From the NCBI GenBank assembly GCA_043812655.1, contig JBDRLW010000044.1, positions 32,001 through 96,000 of the forward strand: 64,000 nucleotides of DNA, in the 5' to 3' direction. The translations under genes were made by a program, and so were the position numbers. Of this stretch, positions 48,077 through 56,847 are shown piece after piece. The notes below the pieces were generated by a model. That model was not told where the DNA came from. It did not search any database and saw only the letters and a list, made by a program, of their open reading frames with translations. How positions within the stretch are numbered: position 1 is the stretch's first letter; the number at the start of each line of letters is the position of its first letter. Source of the stretch: a bacterium (GTDB lineage: Bacteria > Margulisbacteria > WOR-1 > O2-12-FULL-45-9 > XYB2-FULL-48-7).

Positions 48077-48516
48077 TACCCTAATCTCCCTTCTAACCAG
48101 CCATCTTTAACATTATCTCGCTTATCAAAAGCCGAAACATACGGCTTGATATCCAACAGCGGGCTACCGTCAACAATATCTATGTTTTTTACATACAGTA
48201 TATTGCCTTCTCTTTTTACAAGCTTAACCGTAGATATCCCGATATGATTCGGCCGGTGAGGATGGCGCGTGGCAAATACTCCGTGGAGCTTGTTATCCAG
48301 ATAAGGTTTAACTTTTAGCCGCTCGTCTTTGATCTGATGAAAATAGTAAACCAGAATAATGTGGGAAAATTGTTCGATCCCGTCTAATCCTTCCGCATAT
48401 TCCGGCAATACTTCTACTCGACCCTCTGTTTCTGATTTGTAGGCCTGAATCGGCGCCTCTGCCTTGTTTATAAACGGCGAATTGACGATGCCAATCTGCT
48501 TTAGTTCTATTTTCAT
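48076..48516 (-). CDS. tsaA: TsaA/TrmO-like tRNA methyltransferase
   Basis: GVFATRHPHRPNHIG, DGSPLLDIKPY. Confidence 0.85.
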   Translation of the reverse strand: MKIELKQIGIVNSPFINKAEAPIQAYKSETEGRVEVLPEYAEGLDGIEQFSHIILVYYFHQIKDERLKVKPYLDNKLHGVFATRHPHRPNHIGISTVKLVKREGNILYVKNIDIVDGSPLLDIKPYVSAFDKRDNVKDGWLEGRLG

Positions 48517-48686
48517 CCCTTGGAAATCGCCCCGACCGGACAGACATCAACACAGCTGCCGCACTCCGTGCATTTTCCGCTATCTATCCGGAACTTATCT
48601 TCATCCGGCACGATCGCCTCCGCCGAGCATTGAGAAACACATGCCCCGCAGCTAATGCATTTTTCCTTATCAATTATATAAGCCAT
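48513..48686 (-). CDS. 2[4Fe-4S] ferredoxin (57 aa; below ORF-track cutoff)
   Basis: Manual translation MAYIIDKEKCISCGACVSQC...KCTECGSCVDVCPVGAISKG; SD AGGAGG. Confidence 0.9.
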   Translation of the reverse strand: MAYIIDKEKCISCGACVSQCSAEAIVPDEDKFRIDSGKCTECGSCVDVCPVGAISKG

Positions 48687-48736
48687 TTTCTGTGCCTCCT
48701 TTCTTTTTAGCTAAGACTAAAGCTTTCGCGCTTTAG

Positions 48737-49072
48737 TTAGCCAGCCATTTCTAATAGATCGCCAAGCTCGCCGTTCAACCTCTGCTCGTCCTTGAAACCG
48801 GAGATCCGACCAACCTCTTCCCCTTTAGCAAACATAATCATAGAGGGAATGCTCATAATCTGATGCTTATCAGCTATCTCCTTATTTTCTTCGGTGTTTA
48901 ATTTAACGACCTTCAATTTTCCCTGGTATTGTTCGGCTGCTTTTTCTAGGATCGGGGCGATCATTTTGCACGGCCCGCACCATGGGGCCCAAAAATCAAC
49001 TAGGACCGGCCGGGAGCTTTGTAAAACCTCGGCCGCGAAATTTTGGTTGGTAACTTCTTGTATCTCGCTCAT
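48737..49072 (-). CDS. trxA: Thioredoxin
   Basis: DFWAPWCGPCK, SIP. Confidence 0.92.
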   Translation of the reverse strand: MSEIQEVTNQNFAAEVLQSSRPVLVDFWAPWCGPCKMIAPILEKAAEQYQGKLKVVKLNTEENKEIADKHQIMSIPSMIMFAKGEEVGRISGFKDEQRLNGELGDLLEMAG

Positions 49073-49443
49073 CTAGCACCTCCCTGGCCAAAATGGCCGG
49101 AAACCGACGGCCCCGACATTTCCTGAAGCTGGCCGGCCTTAAAATCAGCGATCGCTTGCTTAACTGTGCCAGCCGCTCCGGTAAAAACCTTGATTTTTAA
49201 CGCGGCCAAGGTCTGATAAGCGTTCGGCCCGACATTACCGGTCACTACTGCCCCTACTCCTTCTCCGGCAACTAGCTGGGCCGACTGGATTCCTGCCCCG
49301 CCGGAAGCAGAACCGCTAGGATTAACGATCTTTTTAACCTCCAAGTTGTCGAGGTTAATTATCAGGAATTTTTCGCACCGGCCAAACCTGGGATCGATGG
49401 CCGAATCCAAACCATCTCCGGTCGAAGTCACACATATTTTCAT
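49069..49443 (-). CDS. NifB/NifX-family protein
   Basis: DPRFGRC, GAGIQSAQ, GNVGPNA. Confidence 0.85.
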   Translation of the reverse strand: MKICVTSTGDGLDSAIDPRFGRCEKFLIINLDNLEVKKIVNPSGSASGGAGIQSAQLVAGEGVGAVVTGNVGPNAYQTLAALKIKVFTGAAGTVKQAIADFKAGQLQEMSGPSVSGHFGQGGAR

Positions 49444-49452
49444 ATCTCCTCC

Positions 49453-49830
49453 TTAATGGCATCCGCCGCCGGCACCATGGTCTCGGCAAGCATCCAATCC
49501 TCCTAAGGTATTATTTAATAAATCATTAATGGCGGGCTGCACTTTGCCGGAATAACCAAAGACTTGCACCCCAGCGCTGGCGAACTTCTGCTGCGCCCCC
49601 ATCCCCATCCCACCAGCAATAACGTGCGTTACCTTATGTTTGAGGATCTCATCAACAGCAACACAACCGCCACCTCCATGCTGGGCAGTATTCGGGACAA
49701 CGCTCGTACCGATGATCTTCTTCTGTTCCTGGTCAATATCGGCCAGAAGAAAATATTTACACTGGCCAAAATGCGAGCAGACTTCTCCGTCAAGACCGCT
49801 CATATCTTCTAAAACAACTCCAACTTTCAT
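49453..49830 (-). CDS. NifB/NifX-family protein
   Basis: SHFGQC, HGGGGC, AGGMG, C-terminal CRDH..CH. Confidence 0.85.
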   Translation of the reverse strand: MKVGVVLEDMSGLDGEVCSHFGQCKYFLLADIDQEQKKIIGTSVVPNTAQHGGGGCVAVDEILKHKVTHVIAGGMGMGAQQKFASAGVQVFGYSGKVQPAINDLLNNTLGGLDACRDHGAGGGCH

Positions 49831-49832
49831 TT

Positions 49833-50060
49833 TTACTTTTTCTCCTTTTCGATCTCCGCTAAGCGCGCGTTAATCTCGTCGCGCTCCGCCTTGAGCGATT
49901 CAGCTTCATCTTTGGCGCCAAACAAACCAATGCCCAACCTGCGCCAAAACCCTCTGCCGCGTCCACCCCTAGCCCCACGGCCAAACGGGACACAACCACC
50001 CCTGCCCCAGCCTGTCCCTTGGCCTTCTCCTCTCGGACCAGTTCGATCTCCTCCTGGCAT
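49833..50060 (-). CDS. DUF5320-like Gly/Arg-rich small protein
   Basis: MPGGDRTGPRGEG..TGWGRGGC, C-terminal coiled coil. Confidence 0.75.
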   Translation of the reverse strand: MPGGDRTGPRGEGQGTGWGRGGCVPFGRGARGGRGRGFWRRLGIGLFGAKDEAESLKAERDEINARLAEIEKEKK

Positions 50061-50062
50061 AA

Positions 50063-50398
50063 CTATTCACCTCCTCTAAATCTTCTGCAGCTAAAACCTC
50101 TTGGCGAAACAATGTGCTCCCCGCCGGCGATCCGTATAGCTTTGGATCGGGTGATCGCTTCAATAACTTTTTTTCGGCCGGAATAAAGGAGGCGCTGGAC
50201 CGTTCCCCGGGAGATATTCATTTTCTTGGCCGCCTCTTCCTGCTCCAATCCTTCCTGATCACACAATCTCATCGCTTCAATCTCATCCTGGCCAAGCTCT
50301 ACGATCTCCAAGTCCGACAAAGGGACTGCCCTTGGCTTATAAAATGTATCTCCGGTAAATGGCCGGCAATGCCGCCATTTTCTGGGTCGAGGGCTCAT
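50063..50398 (-). CDS. DUF134 HTH DNA-binding protein
   Basis: PRPRK.R, YKP, EAMRLCD.EGLEQEEAAKKMNISRGTVQR. Confidence 0.88.
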   Translation of the reverse strand: MSPRPRKWRHCRPFTGDTFYKPRAVPLSDLEIVELGQDEIEAMRLCDQEGLEQEEAAKKMNISRGTVQRLLYSGRKKVIEAITRSKAIRIAGGEHIVSPRGFSCRRFRGGE

Positions 50399-50424
50399 CT
50401 CCCTCTCCTCTGATAATCGTATAC

Positions 50425-50466
50425 GTGCATATGCACATTATACACCCAAACAATCCCACCCGTCAA
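50425..50466 (-). promoter_or_regulatory. Sigma70-type promoter with abutting palindromic operator
   Basis: TTGACG-N18-TATAAT followed directly by the perfect palindrome GTGCATATGCAC (50425-50436). Confidence 0.65.
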
Positions 50467-50487
50467 ACATAATTTATTTATGGGAAT

Positions 50488-51225
50488 TCAATGATGCAGT
50501 TTTGTCATTCCCCACATAAAGAGGATGCCCAATATAAAAAGGACAAAAGCTTGGTTGGCCTTGTTGTTATCCTTTTCTTTGTGCAGTTCCGGGATCAGAT
50601 CCGAAGCCGCGATGTAAATAAATCCGCCCGCGGTGATCGGTAAAAGCGCCGCCGCCAACCCGGCAATGATAGAAGAAAGATAAAAACCGATCACTCCCCC
50701 CAACACCGCCGTTAAAGCGGACAACAAATTGTAGAACAGTGCTCGCCCCTTAGAAAAACCGCCGTAGACCAGCACCCCGAAATCCCCCAACTCCTGCGGA
50801 ATTTCATGAGAAGCGACTGCGATACTGGTCGCGATCCCCAAAGGAATGCTAACGATAAAACTAGCGGCGATCACCAGCCCGTCAATAAAGTTGTGAACGC
50901 CGTCGCCAAAAAGATTTAGATAGGTAAAATTGTGGACGTCGCACTTCCCCTCGTGGCAGTGGCGCCAGTAAAGGAGCCGTTCCATCAGAAAAAAGAGAGA
51001 GAAGCCGATCAGGGTGTAGACAAAGGCTTCTCCTGGCTTGAGCGTTTCCAGCGACTCCGGCAACAAGTGGAGGAATGCGCCGCCAGCCAGTGCTCCGGCG
51101 GAAAAACCAACCAGCATCAGGAGGATCTGCTTGAGCACCTGGTCCTTCAGGGCCAAGGTTAACACCCCTGCTAATGAGAGTAAGCTTATTATTAGCGTGC
51201 TGACAATTATCCAACCTAGGATCAT
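50488..51225 (-). CDS. ZIP-family metal transporter
   Basis: HLLPE, HCHEGKCDVH, HNFIDG, HEIPQELGD. Confidence 0.9.
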   Translation of the reverse strand: MILGWIIVSTLIISLLSLAGVLTLALKDQVLKQILLMLVGFSAGALAGGAFLHLLPESLETLKPGEAFVYTLIGFSLFFLMERLLYWRHCHEGKCDVHNFTYLNLFGDGVHNFIDGLVIAASFIVSIPLGIATSIAVASHEIPQELGDFGVLVYGGFSKGRALFYNLLSALTAVLGGVIGFYLSSIIAGLAAALLPITAGGFIYIAASDLIPELHKEKDNNKANQAFVLFILGILFMWGMTKLHH

Positions 51226-51289
51226 GCCGGTATTATAACATAAGCATCGCCAATAAATTTGCTGCCATTGAGATGTTCGATTAATTCTC

Positions 51290-52501
51290 CTAAGGAAAAG
51301 GCTGGAGTATCTTCTGTGTGGTTACGGGGTTTTTCTTAATAATTATATTAAGCAGCAGCGGCACCGATAAAGTGGTCAGGAAAGCGACCAGCACCAGGAT
51401 GGAAAACTGGGCTTGATTGATGATCCCCATCTGCAGCCCGATCACTGCCAACACCAGCTCTACCGTCCCCCTCCCATTCATGCCGACCGCCATGATTAAA
51501 GAACCAACCCGATTAAAACGGTTGGCCATTGCCCCAAGATATATACCACAAAATTTCCCAAAAAAGGCGGCCAGGATTAGCCAGAAGAGCAGCCAGCTAT
51601 GCGTCAGCAGCACCTGAAAGTTCATCTTAAAAGCAATGCTAATGATAAAGATCGGACCGAGAAAACCATGGGTTATGGCTAGAAACCGGTCGTTCATCTT
51701 GCTAAAGAGCGAAGCACTCATGATCTCTTCCCGGACAAAAAGGCCGGCCAGGTAAGCTCCGAGGATAAAAGGGAGGTTAATTAGTTCGGCCAGAAAAGCA
51801 AAAGAGAAACCGACCAATAAAGCAAAAGTAAATCCTTTGCCGCGGCGGGTTTTGAAGTAGTGGGATATCCGCGGAAAAAGCAGGTATCCGACGGTTAAGA
51901 TGATGGCGAAAAAAAGTGTAACTTCCAGCGCAGTAAAAACAAGATCGCTGATCTCGAAAGATCCTCGCTGGAAACCTTTAATGATCAATGAAACTATCAG
52001 GAAAGAGAACAGGTTGTCTACGATAGCCGCGGCCATCATGTGATAGCCGAGCAGGGTCTTCATCAACTTCAAATCGCTTAAAATGCGCGACTTGGTCACC
52101 ATTGAAGTTCCAGAGATTGCCGCTCCGATCAGCAGGGCCTGCGGCCAAGTGCAACCAAACAATAGACTCGCCAGAATGCCAAAGCAGAAAGGAAAAATGG
52201 TCCCCAGACCGCCGATCAGGATCGATTTGGCCGCTATTTTCTGTATCAGGCGCGGGTTAGTTTCCAATCCAGCGTAAAACATCAGGAAAAACATTCCTAG
52301 CTGGGCAAGAATATTAATCTCTGGAGAAGGGCGGACAATATTTAATACTGTCGGGCCAATAATTATCCCGGCAATTAATTCACCAATGATCAATGGGATG
52401 CGAAAACGCTCCAAAAATATTGCCACGCTCCAAGCAACAGCGACCAGAAAGAGGATGTTAAAAAGTGGGGCGTGTATAACCGTGCTGATATTAGTAATCA
52501 T
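51290..52501 (-). CDS. Cation:proton antiporter (CPA2/Kef-type)
   Basis: GELIAGIIIGP, FLMFYAGLE, AAIVDN, MNGRGTVELV. Confidence 0.85.
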   Translation of the reverse strand: MITNISTVIHAPLFNILFLVAVAWSVAIFLERFRIPLIIGELIAGIIIGPTVLNIVRPSPEINILAQLGMFFLMFYAGLETNPRLIQKIAAKSILIGGLGTIFPFCFGILASLLFGCTWPQALLIGAAISGTSMVTKSRILSDLKLMKTLLGYHMMAAAIVDNLFSFLIVSLIIKGFQRGSFEISDLVFTALEVTLFFAIILTVGYLLFPRISHYFKTRRGKGFTFALLVGFSFAFLAELINLPFILGAYLAGLFVREEIMSASLFSKMNDRFLAITHGFLGPIFIISIAFKMNFQVLLTHSWLLFWLILAAFFGKFCGIYLGAMANRFNRVGSLIMAVGMNGRGTVELVLAVIGLQMGIINQAQFSILVLVAFLTTLSVPLLLNIIIKKNPVTTQKILQPFP

Positions 52502-52668
52502 TATTTAACTGCCGCGACTTCCTTTGACAATGCCCATCGGGCCAGTGATAACCCGTCCGGTAGCTGCCAAACTTAAGCCTGCCAAGCAATCTCCCGATTA
52601 TCCAATCCTAACATAAAGCCTAGGATATTCAAGCCGCGTCTGGCCTTCCCTCTTCCAGCTCCTAATAA

Positions 52669-53373
52669 TTATAACGGCAGTTTGATATAGGCCCCGATAC
52701 TTGGTAAAAGCGTCCAGTTAGGATCAGCTCCTGCTGTCGTGTCATAGTTGATCAGGGTGAACGCGGCCCCGACAGTAACTTTATCATTGACCTCCTGTTC
52801 CAACGCGTACTGCAGGTTAAGGTCAAAAGCCAAATCAGAATTAACTGTCATCTTTTTTGCGGTCGCCCCCACTCCCCAGTTGCCGATAAAATAGTCGGCG
52901 TAAAGCTGATATGTTGACCCAGAAGCCCCGCTTCCCGCGGTAGCGCAAAAATCGACCGCTCTCCCCTCTCCCAGATCGAACCCCAACCCGCCCCCCATCG
53001 CTCCCCAGGTTGTATTCGCGTATAAATATGGCGTAGCGGCAAAAATCGAAGAACTCATACTAACCAACAAACAAACCAACAAACCAACGAACAAACTTTG
53101 TCTTTTCATTTTCTCCCCCTTTTTTAATGTATAAGCCGTTAACCAGAATATCCCTAAAATGATCAAAATCCCGGCGATCCCAGCCATTGACGTCGACAAT
53201 CCCCCCTCCGGTAAATATTTTAGCCCGTAACCGGCCATTATCGCTTGGCCTTCAACCCCTTTTTCCGCGAAACCAAGCTTTTCGGAAATAAAATCAAGGC
53301 CGTCAGGATGGGTCGAAGCAAAGAAAGAAGCCAGGATCGCGATAACTATAGAAACCCAAAATAGTTTTTTCAT
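52669..53373 (-). CDS. PDGLE/NikN-like subunit running in frame into a secreted beta-barrel-like protein (internal start 53109)
   Basis: FASTHPDGLD plus 2 TM; then SD AAGGGGGAG, ATG, signal peptide and alternating beta-strand pattern. Confidence 0.65.
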   Translation of the reverse strand: MKKLFWVSIVIAILASFFASTHPDGLDFISEKLGFAEKGVEGQAIMAGYGLKYLPEGGLSTSMAGIAGILIILGIFWLTAYTLKKGEKMKRQSLFVGLLVCLLVSMSSSIFAATPYLYANTTWGAMGGGLGFDLGEGRAVDFCATAGSGASGSTYQLYADYFIGNWGVGATAKKMTVNSDLAFDLNLQYALEQEVNDKVTVGAAFTLINYDTTAGADPNWTLLPSIGAYIKLPL

Positions 53374-53375
53374 GG

Positions 53376-54074
53376 TTAGCCCTCCCCCCTAACCAGCTGG
53401 CGGAAAAGATTGATCAGCGCGAAAGAGATCAGCGCTTCCGCCAAGCCAATAACCATATGGACTTTAACCATAGCAGGAATGACGATCGCGAACGGGATCG
53501 TACCTGATATCCCTAACTCTAAAGCGCAGGCAAAGGAGGCTAAAACTACCGCCAGCCAAGCAGAAGCAAGGATCGCCAACCATTCTGGCGCTATTTTTTT
53601 TAGGTAATAATATATATAGTACGCAACGATCGCACCAAAGAGCGACATATTAATAATGTTCGCCCCGATCGCTAAGAGGCCGCCATCGGCAAAAAAGAGC
53701 ATCTGCACCGCTAGCACTACAGCAATAACGATCGCCCCGGCAAAAGGGCCAAGGATGACTGAAGCAAAAATCCCGCCGATCAAGTGACCCGACGTCCCTC
53801 CGCTGACCGGAAAGTTAAACATCTGCCCGGCAAAAACCAGCGCCGCCACCATTCCCATCTGGTAGATCGTCCTCTCCCCATCCCCGGTCAAAACCCGCCT
53901 CACCCCGCCAATCACATTTTTGGCTCCATTTCCCGCCGCCGCCAAAGCCGCTGCCGGTTGCAGCGCGGTCACCGCCTCTCTCACTTTCGCGACACAGAAC
54001 CCCATTACCAGCACCGCCGCCCCCAGCAACCCTGCCGATGTTTTTGGATCAAGGAACCCATTGGGAATATGCAT
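53376..54074 (-). CDS. Ni/Co ECF transporter S component (NikM/CbiM)
   Basis: MHIPNGFL, QMFNFPV.GGTSGHLIGG, FADGG. Confidence 0.9.
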   Translation of the reverse strand: MHIPNGFLDPKTSAGLLGAAVLVMGFCVAKVREAVTALQPAAALAAAGNGAKNVIGGVRRVLTGDGERTIYQMGMVAALVFAGQMFNFPVSGGTSGHLIGGIFASVILGPFAGAIVIAVVLAVQMLFFADGGLLAIGANIINMSLFGAIVAYYIYYYLKKIAPEWLAILASAWLAVVLASFACALELGISGTIPFAIVIPAMVKVHMVIGLAEALISFALINLFRQLVRGEG

Positions 54075-54097
54075 CTTTTTCTCTCCTTTCTAAAATA

Positions 54098-54124
54098 GTG
54101 CTACGTTTACTAGAATAGTAACAC
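54098..54124. promoter_or_regulatory. Putative NikR operator
   Basis: GTGCTAC-N13-GTAACAC inverted repeat between divergent nikM and nikR. Confidence 0.75.
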
Positions 54125-54164
54125 TTAGTTGAATCTCCGTCAATGATGCTGTACGATATTAGCC

Positions 54165-54578
54165 ATGACCAAAAGATTTGGCGTTTCAATCCCTGATGAG
54201 CTGCTGGCCAAGCTCGATAAATTAGCGAAGAAAAAAGGCTACAGTAACCGCTCTGAGGTTTTGCGCGACCTGGTCCGCGACCGGTTCGTTGAAGAAGAGT
54301 GGACAGAAGGCCAAGGCGAAGTCGTTGGAACGGTTACACTAGTTTATAACCATCATTCTCACGACTTATCCGACAAACTAGCCGATTTACAACATTCCCA
54401 TTTCAAAAATATCGTTTCCACCACTCACATTCACCTTGACGAACACAATTGCCTCGAGGTTCTTGTCGTCCGCGGTAAAAGCAAGCAAGTTAGAGAGATC
54501 GCCGACCGCCTGATCTCGACCAAAGGGGTTAAGCACGGGAAACTGGTTATGACCTCAACTGGAAAGGGGTTAGATTAG
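54165..54578 (+). CDS. nikR: Nickel-responsive regulator
   Basis: [35 protein letters not shown]. Confidence 0.95.
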   Translation: MTKRFGVSIPDELLAKLDKLAKKKGYSNRSEVLRDLVRDRFVEEEWTEGQGEVVGTVTLVYNHHSHDLSDKLADLQHSHFKNIVSTTHIHLDEHNCLEVLVVRGKSKQVREIADRLISTKGVKHGKLVMTSTGKGLD

Positions 54579-54585
54579 GCGCTCT

Positions 54586-55110
54586 TTAGCAGCAGCCAGA
54601 TTGGTCAATATCTTCCTGGCTAACAACTTCTTTTCCTGCCTCTTTCAACGTCTTATTTACGACATCATAGAAAATACTGGTACAGCAATTACCGGTCGGA
54701 TTAAGCAGATAACACTTACAAATCGGCTTTTTTCTATAAGCTCCGACGATCTCCTTCCAGCTCTTTTTCCCCGCCATGACTTGTTCTCTTACTTGTTCAA
54801 AAGTAATATTATTGCAATAACAGGCAACTTTCTTTGCCACGCCTGTCTTGTACCAAAGCGGCACTTTTATATCTTCCGCTTTAAAAACTGGTTTTCCCTT
54901 TTTGCCAAAATATGAGACGGGGCATTCACTATCCATGCAAAGAAAATACTTATCATCCTTAACAATTTCAGGCTGCTTATTGGGCTTCAGCATATTGCTC
55001 ACCAAAGGGATAGTCACTTCAATCGAATTTTTCCCGCAAACCGGACACTTAAGCGTCTCGCTCCTCTTGTCCCCGCTACAACTACAACTGCAGCCGCACT
55101 CATTACTCAT
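54586..55110 (-). CDS. Cys-rich CopZ-N-terminal-like Zn/[2Fe-2S] protein
   Basis: CPVCG, C...ECPVSYF, CYCNNIT, C..LNPTGNCC. Confidence 0.75.
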   Translation of the reverse strand: MSNECGCSCSCSGDKRSETLKCPVCGKNSIEVTIPLVSNMLKPNKQPEIVKDDKYFLCMDSECPVSYFGKKGKPVFKAEDIKVPLWYKTGVAKKVACYCNNITFEQVREQVMAGKKSWKEIVGAYRKKPICKCYLLNPTGNCCTSIFYDVVNKTLKEAGKEVVSQEDIDQSGCC

Positions 55111-55132
55111 AAAAATAGTCTCCTTTAGTTTA

Positions 55133-55375
55133 TTATTTGTTCTCTTCGCTTATCCAGGTTTTTATCTGTTCCAATCTAGGCAAAGGTTTACCGGAATGTT
55201 TAACTTTTTCATTAATAACTAGGCCTGGCGTTGACATGACATACTTTGCCATTTCGGCGTAATCAGCAACTTTTATTATATTGGCCTGAATATTTAATTC
55301 CTGCAAAGCTTGTTTGACGCGCCGTTCCATATCCTGGCAATTGGCGCAGCCGGGGCCCAAGACTTTAATTTCCAT
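55133..55375 (-). CDS. Small redox-active disulfide protein (thioredoxin_3 family)
   Basis: IKVLGPGCANC, VMSTPGLVIN; SD GGAGGTG. Confidence 0.85.
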   Translation of the reverse strand: MEIKVLGPGCANCQDMERRVKQALQELNIQANIIKVADYAEMAKYVMSTPGLVINEKVKHSGKPLPRLEQIKTWISEENK

Positions 55376-55391
55376 AACACTCACCTCCCGC

Positions 55392-56051
55392 TTAACGAAG
55401 ATAGAACAGCATACCGATGCCTATAAGAACGAATAACGCCCCGCTGATCTTGTGGGAATAATATGATAGTTTCCCGACCCGTTGCGACTTTAAAATAAAC
55501 TCGGCCATCCCGGTAGAAACACCGACCAGGAAGATCAAGACGGTATGCGCTAAAGCATAAACAAAAAGCAGGGAGGTGCCGTAAAGAATATTCTGTTTTG
55601 AGGCGACAAAAGTCAGGATCAACGCTAAAACCGGCGTGGCGCAGGGGGAAGATGCGACACCAAATAGCATCCCGAGCAGGAACGCGCCAATCAAACCTTT
55701 TTGCTCGGTTTTAACCATCTTAGGCGTTGGTATCTGGAATTTTAACCATCCCATCATCTGCAGTCCCATCACGATCGCAACGGCCGCGAGAATATATTTC
55801 CAAAAACCGCCAACATCGCCAAGCAGTGTTCCCATTAGGGAAGCAATCGCTCCCAAAATGGTAAAGGTGATAGAGAGGCCAATAACGAAAGCCAGGGAAA
55901 ATTTGAACGATTTTTTTACATCGCCTTCGGCATAGCCGCCGACATAGCTGATGACCAGCGGGATAGTGAATAAAACGCAAGGGCTAAAAGACGAGATCAG
56001 CCCGGCAATGAAAACGCTAAAATAGGCGATGATCGGGTTTGACAGGTCCAT
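55392..56051 (-). CDS. ccdA: CcdA/DsbD-family membrane disulfide transporter
   Basis: SFSPCV, SSPCATPVL. Confidence 0.88.
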   Translation of the reverse strand: MDLSNPIIAYFSVFIAGLISSFSPCVLFTIPLVISYVGGYAEGDVKKSFKFSLAFVIGLSITFTILGAIASLMGTLLGDVGGFWKYILAAVAIVMGLQMMGWLKFQIPTPKMVKTEQKGLIGAFLLGMLFGVASSPCATPVLALILTFVASKQNILYGTSLLFVYALAHTVLIFLVGVSTGMAEFILKSQRVGKLSYYSHKISGALFVLIGIGMLFYLR

Positions 56052-56527
56052 TACTTGTTCAAATCCTTGACCGCTTTCAAGATGTCGTCTTTGCTCATCC
56101 CGCCTTCGCTTTTGGCTCTCGGTTTTCCGTGTTTATCATAAAAAAGAATGGTCGGAATGACCCGGACTCCCGCCTGTCTGGCCAATTCGCGGTTTTCGTA
56201 GACGTCCAGGATTAAAAAGATGGCCCTCCCATCTTGTTCGACCGCCAATTCCTTGATCACCGGGTTCATCATCCGGCAGGGAATGCATTTGTCGGAACCG
56301 AGTTTGACCATCACCGGCACACCGGCTTTCAGCGCTTCTTCTAAGGACTTTATATCCTTTGTGGATTTAACCTTTTTCTTTGCCGCCATCATTCCAGCCG
56401 GCTTCTTAACCACCACGTTTGACAGGGCAAAAGCGTGGTCCTCTTTATCGGGAATAGTCCCAATAATAAACAAAATAGTAAGTAGGACAATGATTCTTAA
56501 AGCTACATAATTATAATTCTTTTTCAT
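56051..56527 (-). CDS. Exported thioredoxin-like protein
   Basis: N-terminal TM; GSDKCIPC, VRVIPT. Confidence 0.85.
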   Translation of the reverse strand: MKKNYNYVALRIIVLLTILFIIGTIPDKEDHAFALSNVVVKKPAGMMAAKKKVKSTKDIKSLEEALKAGVPVMVKLGSDKCIPCRMMNPVIKELAVEQDGRAIFLILDVYENRELARQAGVRVIPTILFYDKHGKPRAKSEGGMSKDDILKAVKDLNK

Positions 56528-56847
56528 GTTTTACTCCTTCCTATGGCCTGTTTGATCCGCGACAAGAAAAAATCCAGTCCTTTATTATTGATCTTATAAA
56601 AGATGAATTTACCTTTGCGAAAACTAGTCAATAGGCCAACACTTTTTAACGCCTTGAGATGATGAGATGCCAGATTGTGGGGGACATCAAGCGCCGCGAC
56701 GATCTCGCAAACGCAGCGCTCCTTTTTTTTAAGAAAGCAGATGATCTTCAAGCGATTGGCTTCCGCGATCGTTTTAAGCAATTCCAGCAGGTCGGAATAA
56801 TCGTAATTAACACACTTACATTTCATCTTATTTACCGTGCAGCCCAT
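56524..56847 (-). CDS. ArsR/SmtB-family regulator
   Basis: RLKII, ERCVCEI, SHHLKALK.VGL. Confidence 0.9.
   Translation of the reverse strand: MGCTVNKMKCKCVNYDYSDLLELLKTIAEANRLKIICFLKKKERCVCEIVAALDVPHNLASHHLKALKSVGLLTSFRKGKFIFYKINNKGLDFFLSRIKQAIGRSKT

Noticed and set aside
41767..49830. Nitrogen fixation or methanogenesis pathway
   Set aside because: NifB/NifX, NifU-like and DUF2099 domains occur without nifHDK or mcr genes in the window.
52502..52668. Possible riboswitch or small gene upstream of the antiporter
   Set aside because: No recognisable aptamer, terminator or convincing ORF by eye; an Rfam search would be needed.
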